Source of the DNA: a virus
Taxonomy: Duplodnaviria > Caudoviricetes
IMG/VR virus record: IMGVR_UViG_3300050195_000084
Span: 1 to 26,286 of that record
Direction: 5' to 3' (one strand)
DNA length: 26,286 nt
Below, in pieces: positions 17,760 to 25,490 of this stretch. A program made the translations under genes and the position numbers. The notes beneath the pieces are model-generated. The model was not told the DNA's origin and ran no database searches. It saw only the letters and a program-made list of their open reading frames with translations. Each line of letters opens with the position of its first letter. Position 1 is the stretch's first letter.

Positions 17760-19220
17760 ATGCCCGCTGACGCAAGCATCTACTCGAACGGCCTTCAGCC
17801 CGTTCGCTCGGCCGTCGACTACGCCAACGACTACGCCCGCGCGGACGCCATGAAGAACCAGAACGCGCTGCAGGCGCTGTCGCTGCGCCAGGCCGCCGCA
17901 GTCGACGGCCAGAAGGCGGCGCTGCGCGGCGCGGTGCAGAACGGCCTCGACCTCACGAGCGATGCCGGCCAGTCGCAGGCGCTCACCCTGGCGCCCGATG
18001 TCGCGCCCGCGCTGATCAAGACCACGCAGGACACCGTGACCTCGCGCGCGGCGGCGCAGAAGGATCTGGGCGCAGCGAACGCGTCGAACGCGAGCGCCGG
18101 CAAGACGACCCTCGATACGCAGATCGCAGCGCACCAGCAGCGCCTGCAGCTGCTCTCCGCGGTCAACACGCCCGAGGACGCGCTGCAGTGGATGCTCGAT
18201 GGCGTGAAGGACGGTTCGCTGCCCAAGCAGGGGCTCTCCCAAGGCATCGCCGCCATCCAGCAGGCTGCCTCGGACCCTTCGGGCAAGGCGCTGCAGCAGT
18301 GGCGTCAGCAGACCCTGCAGACCGGCCAGACGGTGCAGCAGCAGATGGAATTCACCGCGCCGAAGCCGCAGGAGCTCAAGCTCGGCGATCGGTCGTTCTT
18401 CGTCGACGTGAACCCGAACAGCCCGACGCATGGCCAGCAGGTCACGCCGACGCAGATGTTCGGCGTCTCGCCCGACACGCAGGCCACGCAGGCCGGCGAG
18501 AACTCGCGCGCCGCGGCTGGCCGGCAGGTGCAATTGCAGGTCGCCGGTCTCGCGCCCGGCGGTGGCCTGTCACCGGCCCTCGAAGCCGAGGCGCAGATGA
18601 TCGCCAAGGGCAACGCCGCGCCGCCCAGCGGCATGGCCGCGACGCGCCCGGCGGCCGCGCTGCTCATGCAGCGCGTCAGCCAGATCAACCCCGATTACGA
18701 CGCGACGACCTACGGCGCCAAGGTCAAGGCCAACAAGGACTTCACCAGCGGCACGCAGGGCAACCAGATGCGCGCGTTCCAGGTCGCGAGCGATCACCTG
18801 GACCAGTTGCAGACGCTGGCCACCGCGCTCAAGAACGGCAACATCCCGCTGGTCAACTCGATCGCGAACGCATACGGCGTGCAGACCGGCCAGGCGCCGG
18901 CGGCCGTCTTCAATGCGGTGCGCCAGTTGGTCGGGCCGGAAGTCGTCAACGCCGTGACCGCGGGCGGCGGCTCGGCCGCCGAGCGCGAGGAGGCCTCGAA
19001 GACCTTCAACCCGAACAGCTCGCCCGACCAGTTCCTGGGCACGATCGGCGCCACGCGTGGCCTGATGAAAGCCAAATACGACGCGATGCTGGCGCAGCGC
19101 CGCGCCGCGGGCGTGCCCGACTCCACGCTGCCCGCCTACGGTGGCGCGGAGGCCGGCAAGCCCACGCTGCCCAGCCACGATGACATCGCCGCCGAACTCG
19201 CGCGGCGCGGAGTGAAGTGA
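17760..19220 (+). CDS. DNA ejection protein, gp20 position
   Basis: AAGGAG RBS; Ala/Gln-rich helical 486 aa; second of three consecutive ejection-type genes. Confidence 0.7.
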   Translation: MPADASIYSNGLQPVRSAVDYANDYARADAMKNQNALQALSLRQAAAVDGQKAALRGAVQNGLDLTSDAGQSQALTLAPDVAPALIKTTQDTVTSRAAAQKDLGAANASNASAGKTTLDTQIAAHQQRLQLLSAVNTPEDALQWMLDGVKDGSLPKQGLSQGIAAIQQAASDPSGKALQQWRQQTLQTGQTVQQQMEFTAPKPQELKLGDRSFFVDVNPNSPTHGQQVTPTQMFGVSPDTQATQAGENSRAAAGRQVQLQVAGLAPGGGLSPALEAEAQMIAKGNAAPPSGMAATRPAAALLMQRVSQINPDYDATTYGAKVKANKDFTSGTQGNQMRAFQVASDHLDQLQTLATALKNGNIPLVNSIANAYGVQTGQAPAAVFNAVRQLVGPEVVNAVTAGGGSAAEREEASKTFNPNSSPDQFLGTIGATRGLMKAKYDAMLAQRRAAGVPDSTLPAYGGAEAGKPTLPSHDDIAAELARRGVK

Positions 19221-21241
19221 TGGACCTGTCCAAGCTCTCCACCGACGACCTCAAAGCGATCCAGTCCGGCGACCTCTCGAAGGTCTCGACCCAGGGCCTG
19301 CAGGCGCTCAAATCATCCGCCGACCCGGCCGCCGCTGCGGCGCACGCAAAGGCAGTCGCCGACACGCAGGCCTGGCAGGCCACGATCACGCCCACCGATG
19401 GCATGGGCGCGGTGGGCCGCTTCGTGGCCGGCATGGGCAAGGGCGCGCACGACCTGATCCAGGGCGCGGGCCAGCGCCTGGGCGACGTGGTCAATGCAAT
19501 CGGCCCCAGCAGCAGCCCGACGCTGTCGTCGCTGGTGACGGGCCAGGCGCCGCCGACGCTGGCCGCCCGCCTCGGGCTGCCCACGTCCGCCGACGTCGCC
19601 GAGACGCGCCGCATCGATGCGCCGCTCATGGCCACCACCGCGGGCACGGCCGGCAACATCACCGGCAAGGTGATGACCGCGGTCCCGGCGGCCTTCATCC
19701 CCGGCGCCAACGGCGTGGTGGGCGCGTCGGCCATCGGCGCTGCGCAGGGGCTGTTCGAGCCCACCACGGCCGACGAGTCGGTGATGAAGAACGTCGGCCT
19801 GGGCGCCGTCGGCGGCGCAGCCGGCTACGGCGCTGGTCAGGCGCTGGGCGCTGGCGCGCGGGCCGTGCGCGCCGCGACGGAACCGTTCTTCGCGCAGGGC
19901 CAGCAGCGCATCATCGGCCGCGCGATCAACGCCGCCAGCGGGGGTGCGGGAGCCGTTGGCGCCCAGGCTGCGCAAGTGCGCAACGCGCTGGCCGAGGCCG
20001 CGCAGCACTTCGTCGGCCCGACGCAACCTGGGTTGGCGCGCGCCACGCTCGGAGAGATCGTGCCGGGCTCCGTGCCCACCGTCGGCCAGGTGGCCGCCGG
20101 TGCGGGCAACGCCGGCGTCGCGTCGCTCGAGCGCGCTGCCACGGCGACAAACCCTAGCGTGACCACGCAGCTCTCGCAGCGCCTGACCGAGCAGAACGCC
20201 GCGCGCGTGAACGCGCTGCAGCAGATGGCGGGCACCGACGGCGAACGCGCTTTCGCGGCTGCCAATCGCGACGAGACGGCGAATGCGCTGTACGGCTCGG
20301 CGCGCGCCAACGGCATCAACCCGGCGGCTCTCGCGCCCGAGGCGCAGGCCAACATCGCCGCGATGAACGCGCGCATCCCGCCCGACGTGCTGGCCCAGGC
20401 GCGCCAGCTCGCGCAGATCCAGGGCATGCCGATGGACGACTCCACGTCGCTGGCCGGCCTGCACTACGTCAAGATGGCGCTCGACGACTCGATCGCCAGC
20501 GCGCGCGCCTCGGGCAACGCCACGCGCGCCCGCGCGCTGAGCGGGCTGCAGAACGACTACCTCGCCGGCCTCGACCAGCTCAGCCCCGACTACGGCGCCG
20601 CGCGCCAGGTCTTCCGCGACATGAGCGCACCCATCAACCAGATGGACGTCGCCCAGGCGATCGCGGATCGTTCGATCAACCCGCTCACCGGCACGCTGCA
20701 GCCTTCGGCCTACGCCCGCGCGCTCAATGACGGCACCGCGGCGCGCGCCACCGGATTCCAGGGCGCCACCCTCGAGAACACGATGACCGACCAGCAGCAG
20801 AACGCGCTGCAGGCCATCCTCGCGGACGTGCAGCGGTCGACGGCGGCTCAGAACGCGGGCCGCGGCGCCGGCTCGGACACCGTGCAGAAGCTGGCTTACA
20901 CGAACCTGCTGCACGCCGCCGGCGGCGACAACCCGCTGGGCGGCCAGGGCGTCGTGCCGATGATCGGCCGCGCGGTGATGGGGCTGCCGCTGCTGGGCAA
21001 CGGCGTGCGCGCCGCGGGCAACGTGGCCGCGCGCGCCGGCGACGTCGCCTACGGCCGGCAGAACGCGGAGCTGGCCCAGCAGCTCGCCAACACGATGCTC
21101 AGCCCGGGCGACGCCGCGGCCGCGATGACGGCGGCCACGAACTACGACACCCCGAATGCGCTGCAATCGCTGCTGCAGCTGTACGGGCCTCGCCTGCTCG
21201 GCTCAGCCGCCCCAGCGGCCGCGCTGGCGGTGTCCCGGTAG
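19217..21241 (+). CDS. DNA ejection protein, gp16 position
   Basis: Ala/Gly-rich 674 aa with glycine-zipper hydrophobic segments (GAVGGAAGYGAGQALG) and GSDTVQKL. Start is GTG 19217 or ATG 19220. Confidence 0.72.
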   Translation: MMDLSKLSTDDLKAIQSGDLSKVSTQGLQALKSSADPAAAAAHAKAVADTQAWQATITPTDGMGAVGRFVAGMGKGAHDLIQGAGQRLGDVVNAIGPSSSPTLSSLVTGQAPPTLAARLGLPTSADVAETRRIDAPLMATTAGTAGNITGKVMTAVPAAFIPGANGVVGASAIGAAQGLFEPTTADESVMKNVGLGAVGGAAGYGAGQALGAGARAVRAATEPFFAQGQQRIIGRAINAASGGAGAVGAQAAQVRNALAEAAQHFVGPTQPGLARATLGEIVPGSVPTVGQVAAGAGNAGVASLERAATATNPSVTTQLSQRLTEQNAARVNALQQMAGTDGERAFAAANRDETANALYGSARANGINPAALAPEAQANIAAMNARIPPDVLAQARQLAQIQGMPMDDSTSLAGLHYVKMALDDSIASARASGNATRARALSGLQNDYLAGLDQLSPDYGAARQVFRDMSAPINQMDVAQAIADRSINPLTGTLQPSAYARALNDGTAARATGFQGATLENTMTDQQQNALQAILADVQRSTAAQNAGRGAGSDTVQKLAYTNLLHAAGGDNPLGGQGVVPMIGRAVMGLPLLGNGVRAAGNVAARAGDVAYGRQNAELAQQLANTMLSPGDAAAAMTAATNYDTPNALQSLLQLYGPRLLGSAAPAAALAVSR

Positions 21242-21373
21242 CGGGCGGAACAGGAGGCGCTTGAGCCGGCCATCCGGCATCTTGCGATGGATGGCGTCGC
21301 ACAGCCAGAGCACGAGGCCCAGCACGATGAAAGCCACCAGCGGCCGAAGCGCCGCGACCAGGAACGTTTCCAC
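21203..21373 (-). CDS. Small single-pass membrane protein, antisense to the late operon (possible superinfection exclusion factor)
   Basis: GTG 21373 with AAGGGG 5 nt upstream; METFLVAALRPLVAFIVLGLVLWLCDAIHRKMPDGRLKRLLFRP... gives one TM plus a basic tail; TAAAAT -10-like box at 21419-21414. Confidence 0.6.
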   Translation of the reverse strand: METFLVAALRPLVAFIVLGLVLWLCDAIHRKMPDGRLKRLLFRPLPGHRQRGRWGG

Positions 21374-21418
21374 GTCGACCCCTTGAACGACCCGCCCCGT
21401 GCGGGTCGATCGCATTTT

Positions 21419-21443
21419 AGGCCCGCCATCGCGCGGGCTTTCT
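21419..21443 (+). terminator. Terminator-like hairpin before the tailspike gene
   Basis: AGGCCCGC-CATCGC-GCGGGCTT followed by a short TCT tail. Confidence 0.5.
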
Positions 21444-21459
21444 CGCTTCCGGAGCCCAC

Positions 21460-23508
21460 ATGTCCTACCAGCTCACGAACGGCCGCTTCCAGGCGTTCGA
21501 CGACAACGGTGATCCGCTCGTCGGCGGCCTACTCTCGACGTACCTGTCGGGAACGACGACGCTCAAGTCGACGTACACCGACGCGACGCTGGCCACGCCC
21601 AACACCAACCCGGTGCAGCTCAACGCGCGCGGTGAGGCGCAGGTCTGGCTCGGCTCCAACGCGTACACGTTCGTCCTCAAGACGGCCGCCGGCGTCACCG
21701 TCTGGTCGATCGATGGCGTCACCGACCCGAAGCTGGACGTCTTCGCGGCGCTGGCTGTCTCCGGCGCCGCTGAGCAGATCGGCTACGGCGCGACGACCGT
21801 CGGCGCAGCGCTGGATGCCCAGGCCGTGTCGATCGCCGCGAACACGAGCGACATCGCAACGCTCAAGTCCATCGATGTCGACGCCATCGCCGACATGATG
21901 ACCAACCTGTCGCTGGGCATGGCGCAGACGATGTACTCGTTCGGCGACTCGCAGGTCTATGGCAATTCGACTGGCGGCGGCGCGCAGGTTGCGCTGCCCG
22001 CGCCGGCCATCGCGCAGAACACGGTCAACACGTTTTTCGGCAATACGGCATTCACCTGCGCGAACTACGGACTGGGCGGCACCACGCTAGCCCAGATGCT
22101 GGCCGGCACCGACGGCAGCGGCTCGACCTTCGAGGCGAAGATCGCCGCCGTCGCAGCCGGCGGTGTAGTGCGGGCCGCGTCCTGCAATCACAGCTGCAAC
22201 GACGCCAAGGTCTACACCGCGGCGAGCGCGGCGACCTATCGGGCCAACCTGGTCTCGTTCATCAACATCTGCCGCAAGTACGGGATCGCGCCGATCCTGA
22301 TCACCTCGCACCCGATCTTGACCACGAGCACCTTCGGCACGATCGCCTGGTCGGAAGCAACGGCCAAGTTCACGCAGATCATGCGCGACACCGCGGCGAA
22401 GCATGGCGTGGTGCTGGTCGACGTCTACAGCCTGCTGCAGCAACTGATCGGCACGGACGGCAACACTGGGGTCTCGGTACTGCCAGACGGCGCGCATGGG
22501 ACGCAGTCGACCTATACCTTTGTCGGGGTGCAGTACACCGCAGCACTCTTCGGCCCCCAGGCGCCGGACGTGACGGGCTCCGAGCAGCGCCTCTCGACCG
22601 TTGGCCCCAATGTGCGCGCGACCAACGCCGTGTACGGGCTCGGCACGTCGTCGCGTGTCGGCGCATCGCTGAACACCGGCAACACCACCGGCCAGACGAT
22701 CCGCGTGATCTTCAACGTGGCTCAGCGCGGGCTCGACCTGTCGCTGCTTGCGCCGATCTTCTCGATCGCGTGCGCAAACGTCACGGTGAGCCTGGACGGC
22801 AGCGCTCTCTCGCCCACGCTCTCGCAGACCATCGCCGGCTTCGGAACCGGCAACTTCTACCAAGACTTCGAGATCCCGCTGGCGCGCAACTTGGCGCTCG
22901 GGCTGCACCACCTGGTCATCACGTCAAACGCTTCGGGCTACCTGGTGATGAACGCGCTGCGCTTCCGCCAGACCAGCAAGCCGCTCTTGCTGCCCAATGG
23001 AGGCGCAGTGCCGTCGCATCGGACGCTGCTGGCGAAGAAGCTGGACCTGACCTCGGTCGCGTCGGTGATGTTCCTGGACGATACGGCTTGCGGCTTGTCA
23101 CGGATGCTCGATGCGGTCACGGAGATCGAGTGGACCGGGCAGATGCTGGTGTCGTCGGGCTTCATCGTCGCCGGCGCCAACATCGGCAGCACCAGCGGCA
23201 CCGCATCGGCAGAACGCGGGATTTCGGTCGGCCTCAACGCCAGCGGCTTCCTGAGCGTCGACGAGGCCACGGCGCCCGGCACCTACACGACGACGGTGAT
23301 CGGCTCTACCAACCTCTCAAGCGCCTCGCACGTGTACCGGGTTTCGACGACGTCGGCCGGCGTGATGTCGCTCTACGTCGATGAGGTGCTGATCGGCACC
23401 TACACGATCACCGGCGCCTACTTCGGCGGATTGATCGGGCTGTACCGCACGCTGGCCAACGGGCTGCTGACGATCACCGATGTCAGCCGCGTCTGGAGGA
23501 ACGTCTGA
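21460..23508 (+). CDS. Tailspike / receptor-binding protein with an SGNH esterase domain
   Basis: N-terminal virion-attachment domain (QAFDDNGDPLVGG...TYTD...NTNPVQLNARGEA...YTFVLK); SGNH blocks FGDSQ, NYGLGG, NHSCND and DGAH; C-terminal beta-sandwich/lectin-like domains. Confidence 0.85.
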   Translation: MSYQLTNGRFQAFDDNGDPLVGGLLSTYLSGTTTLKSTYTDATLATPNTNPVQLNARGEAQVWLGSNAYTFVLKTAAGVTVWSIDGVTDPKLDVFAALAVSGAAEQIGYGATTVGAALDAQAVSIAANTSDIATLKSIDVDAIADMMTNLSLGMAQTMYSFGDSQVYGNSTGGGAQVALPAPAIAQNTVNTFFGNTAFTCANYGLGGTTLAQMLAGTDGSGSTFEAKIAAVAAGGVVRAASCNHSCNDAKVYTAASAATYRANLVSFINICRKYGIAPILITSHPILTTSTFGTIAWSEATAKFTQIMRDTAAKHGVVLVDVYSLLQQLIGTDGNTGVSVLPDGAHGTQSTYTFVGVQYTAALFGPQAPDVTGSEQRLSTVGPNVRATNAVYGLGTSSRVGASLNTGNTTGQTIRVIFNVAQRGLDLSLLAPIFSIACANVTVSLDGSALSPTLSQTIAGFGTGNFYQDFEIPLARNLALGLHHLVITSNASGYLVMNALRFRQTSKPLLLPNGGAVPSHRTLLAKKLDLTSVASVMFLDDTACGLSRMLDAVTEIEWTGQMLVSSGFIVAGANIGSTSGTASAERGISVGLNASGFLSVDEATAPGTYTTTVIGSTNLSSASHVYRVSTTSAGVMSLYVDEVLIGTYTITGAYFGGLIGLYRTLANGLLTITDVSRVWRNV

Positions 23509-23510
23509 CC

Positions 23511-23750
23511 ATGAACTTTGACCAGACCATCGTCAACTGGGCCTTCGGGTTGGTTGGCACGCTCGGCGGCTTCGTGGTGAAGGCGATGTGGGATGCGATC
23601 GCCCAACTACGCAGTGACCTGGCCGACCTCAACCGCGCGATCGCGCGCGACTACGTGCGCCGCGACGACTACCGCGACGACATCAGCGAGATCAAGGGGA
23701 TGCTGGCCCGCATCTTCGACAAGCTCGACGAGAAGGCCGACAAGCCGTGA
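23511..23750 (+). CDS. Putative holin/antiholin-like protein (one TM plus coiled coil)
   Basis: GGAGG RBS; N-terminal TM (IVNWAFGLVGTLGGFVV) and charged coil (DYVRRDDY...IFDKLDEKADK); first gene of the lysis region. Confidence 0.6.
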   Translation: MNFDQTIVNWAFGLVGTLGGFVVKAMWDAIAQLRSDLADLNRAIARDYVRRDDYRDDISEIKGMLARIFDKLDEKADKP

Positions 23751-24088
23751 GCGCCGATCGCGAAGTCCTGGAACTGGAGTGCCAGCTGCGCCTGATCGAG
23801 CACATCGATGCGAACCCGCCGCCAGAAGAGCCGATGGATCTGTGGATCGACGGCTTCTGGGCCGCGGTCGCGGCGCTGCGCAACCCGCGCGCGCCCGCCG
23901 ACGTGCTGATGGCAATCGAGATGCGTCGATCCGTCCACCGCCACCAACAGGAGGAGCGCCATGCGCAGCACCGATCCCGACCCGCAGCCGTTCAAGCCCC
24001 TGGGAGAACGGGCAACCAGGCAGCCGACGACCTCACCGCCTACCTCACCGAAGCCTACGGGCCCCAGCGGGATCGTCGTCGGACCTGA
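23747..24088 (+). CDS. Hypothetical protein
   Basis: GTGA overlap with the upstream stop. The C-terminal 128 nt overlap another plausible ORF. Confidence 0.45.
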   Translation: MSADREVLELECQLRLIEHIDANPPPEEPMDLWIDGFWAAVAALRNPRAPADVLMAIEMRRSVHRHQQEERHAQHRSRPAAVQAPGRTGNQAADDLTAYLTEAYGPQRDRRRT

Positions 24089-24116
24089 CGGCCGCATGAA
24101 GACGACCACGCACTAG
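23961..24116 (+). CDS. Hypothetical 51-aa Pro/Thr-rich protein (not in the ORF track)
   Basis: Strong AGGAGGAG RBS before ATG 23961; MRSTDPDPQPFKPLGERATRQPTTSPPTSPKPTGPSGIVVGPDGRMKTTTH*; ends 11 nt before the lysin. Confidence 0.5.
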   Translation: MRSTDPDPQPFKPLGERATRQPTTSPPTSPKPTGPSGIVVGPDGRMKTTTH

Positions 24117-24127
24117 AAGGTGAAACC

Positions 24128-24532
24128 ATGAAACTGAAGCTCTCTCGCACCTGGCCGTCTGCCGGTTGCACCATCGGGCAACTGTCGGTCGACAGCATGC
24201 CGCAGTGCTACACCCTCGAGGACGTCGTGCGCCCCGCCGGCGCGCCGAAGGTGTTCGGCCAGACGGCGATTCCCGCCGGCGTCTACGGCGTGGTGATCAC
24301 CTTCTCGCCGCACTTCCAGCGCGATCTCCCGCTGCTGGTGAACGTGCCCGGCTTCGAAGGCGTGCGCATCCACCCGGGCAACACCGCGGCCGACACCGAA
24401 GGTTGCATCCTGGTGGGCGTCGACCGCGCGTCCGATTCGATCGGTCGCAGCCGCGTCGCTTTCGACGCACTGTTCCCGAAGATCCAGCAGGCGCTCGCGC
24501 GCGGCGATCTGGTGAGCATCGAGGTCGCGTGA
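24128..24532 (+). CDS. DUF5675-family putative endolysin (L,D-transpeptidase-like His/Cys motif)
   Basis: TIGQL...CYTLED...TAIPAGVY...SPHFQRDLPLLVNVPGFEGVRIHPGNTAADTEGCILVG; flanked by holin-like genes. Confidence 0.85.
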   Translation: MKLKLSRTWPSAGCTIGQLSVDSMPQCYTLEDVVRPAGAPKVFGQTAIPAGVYGVVITFSPHFQRDLPLLVNVPGFEGVRIHPGNTAADTEGCILVGVDRASDSIGRSRVAFDALFPKIQQALARGDLVSIEVA

Positions 24533-24768
24533 TGCTGCTGCAGCTCATCCCCAACTGGCGCAAGGCGCACCGCATGCTGTCCAACCAGATGGTCGTCATC
24601 GACGGCGCACTGCTGGTGGGCTGGACGCAAATCCCCCCCGAGCTGAAATCGGCCATCCCGGCCGGGTATCTCGCGATCGCCGCCGCCGTGTGGCTGGCGC
24701 TGAAGGTGGCCGCGCGCCTGATCGACCAGGGCAGCGCCACCGCGGCGCCCGAGGAGCCGAAATCATGA
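24532..24768 (+). CDS. Putative holin (two TM)
   Basis: LIPNWRKAHRMLSNQ N-terminus, two hydrophobic segments, ARLIDQ C-terminus; tandem GTG(24529)-ATG(24532) starts overlapping the lysin stop. Confidence 0.75.
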   Translation: MLLQLIPNWRKAHRMLSNQMVVIDGALLVGWTQIPPELKSAIPAGYLAIAAAVWLALKVAARLIDQGSATAAPEEPKS

Positions 24769-25313
24769 TCAGCCTCTCCCTGCGTTCCAAGATCGAGCTG
24801 GGGGTGGCCGCACTGCTCGTCGCCGCGGCATTGCTGGTGTGGGCGCTGTGGCCCGCGAAGACGGCCCCCGAGATCACCAGCGCTGCGCCGGAGGTGACGC
24901 AGGCGGACGGCTCGAAGATCGCGGCGCGCGACCCCACCGCCGCCTCGGCGCCCGCGCCGCACATCATCCCGGCCGGCTACCACGAGGTGCGCCGCGCGCA
25001 GGTCGTCGTCGCGCCGGCGTCGGCTGCTAGCAGCGTCGAGGTGGACCTGTCCCTGGTTAGCGACGGCACCCAGCAGCGCGTCGTCGCGAGCTCGCCAGAC
25101 GGCCAGGTGATAAAGGCCCTGGACATCCCCATTCAGGCCGTGCAGATGCCGCCGCCGGCCAGGCCGTGGGCCGCAGGCCTGTCCTACGGCACGAACCGCG
25201 GCATCGGCATCTGGGTCGATCGTGACGTCGGGCGCCTGGTGTTGGGCGCCACGGTGCAGCGCCTGCAGGACGGTCGCTCCGAGGCCCAGCTGCGCATTGG
25301 CGTGAGGTTCTGA
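24765..25313 (+). CDS. Putative non-canonical spanin: N-terminal membrane anchor plus C-terminal four amphipathic beta-strands ending in Phe
   Basis: ATG 24765 (ATGA overlap); TM LGVAALLVAAALLVWALW; no Cys, so no lipobox; C-terminus WAAGLSYG / GIGIWVDRD / LVLGATVQ / EAQLRIGVRF; occupies the Rz position. Confidence 0.65.
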   Translation: MISLSLRSKIELGVAALLVAAALLVWALWPAKTAPEITSAAPEVTQADGSKIAARDPTAASAPAPHIIPAGYHEVRRAQVVVAPASAASSVEVDLSLVSDGTQQRVVASSPDGQVIKALDIPIQAVQMPPPARPWAAGLSYGTNRGIGIWVDRDVGRLVLGATVQRLQDGRSEAQLRIGVRF

Positions 25314-25320
25314 TCATGCC

Positions 25321-25490
25321 GGCGCATCTGGTGCGCCAGGCTGTCTAAAACTCGAGAATCGCGCCGGAATTTACCGGGGGAGCAGAGAAGTTTCCGGTAT
25401 GGAAAGTATTAGACATCTGGAGCAGAGTTTCTCTGTCGGATCAATTACTTAGGCGCGATTAAGTAGATAGTGCTGCATCATGGGCGTGTG
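25321..25490. other. Prophage attachment junction (phage arm plus core inside mutS)
   Basis: AT-richer non-coding segment with inverted TGTCTAA (25342-25348) / TTAGACA (25409-25415), direct GGAGCAGAG (25379, 25419), IHF-like gATCAAttacTTA (25439-25451), and TACTTA-8nt-TAAGTA (25446-25465), abutting the mutS HTPMMQ codons. Confidence 0.7.

Noticed and set aside
7684-19183. Long alternative-frame + strand ORFs (7684-8724, 11573-12736, 17037-17735, 18188-19183)
   Set aside because: Arg/Pro/Gly-rich off-frame translations nested in real genes, with no RBS or domain evidence.
5193-21166. Long minus-strand ORFs (e.g. 5193-6803, 6695-8977, 8800-10641, 10680-12626, 13018-14283, 13856-15238, 19313-21166)
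   Set aside because: They mirror well-supported + strand phage genes, have no motifs, and are the expected antisense shadows of high-GC codon bias.
24839-25030. Nested ORF as an embedded Rz1-like o-spanin
   Set aside because: No hydrophobic signal peptide or lipobox before its Cys residues; the sequence is Arg/Gly-rich off-frame.
21460-25313. Diversity-generating retroelement acting on the tailspike (BPP-1-like)
   Set aside because: No reverse transcriptase and no VR/TR repeat pair visible in this window; one elsewhere in the prophage cannot be excluded.
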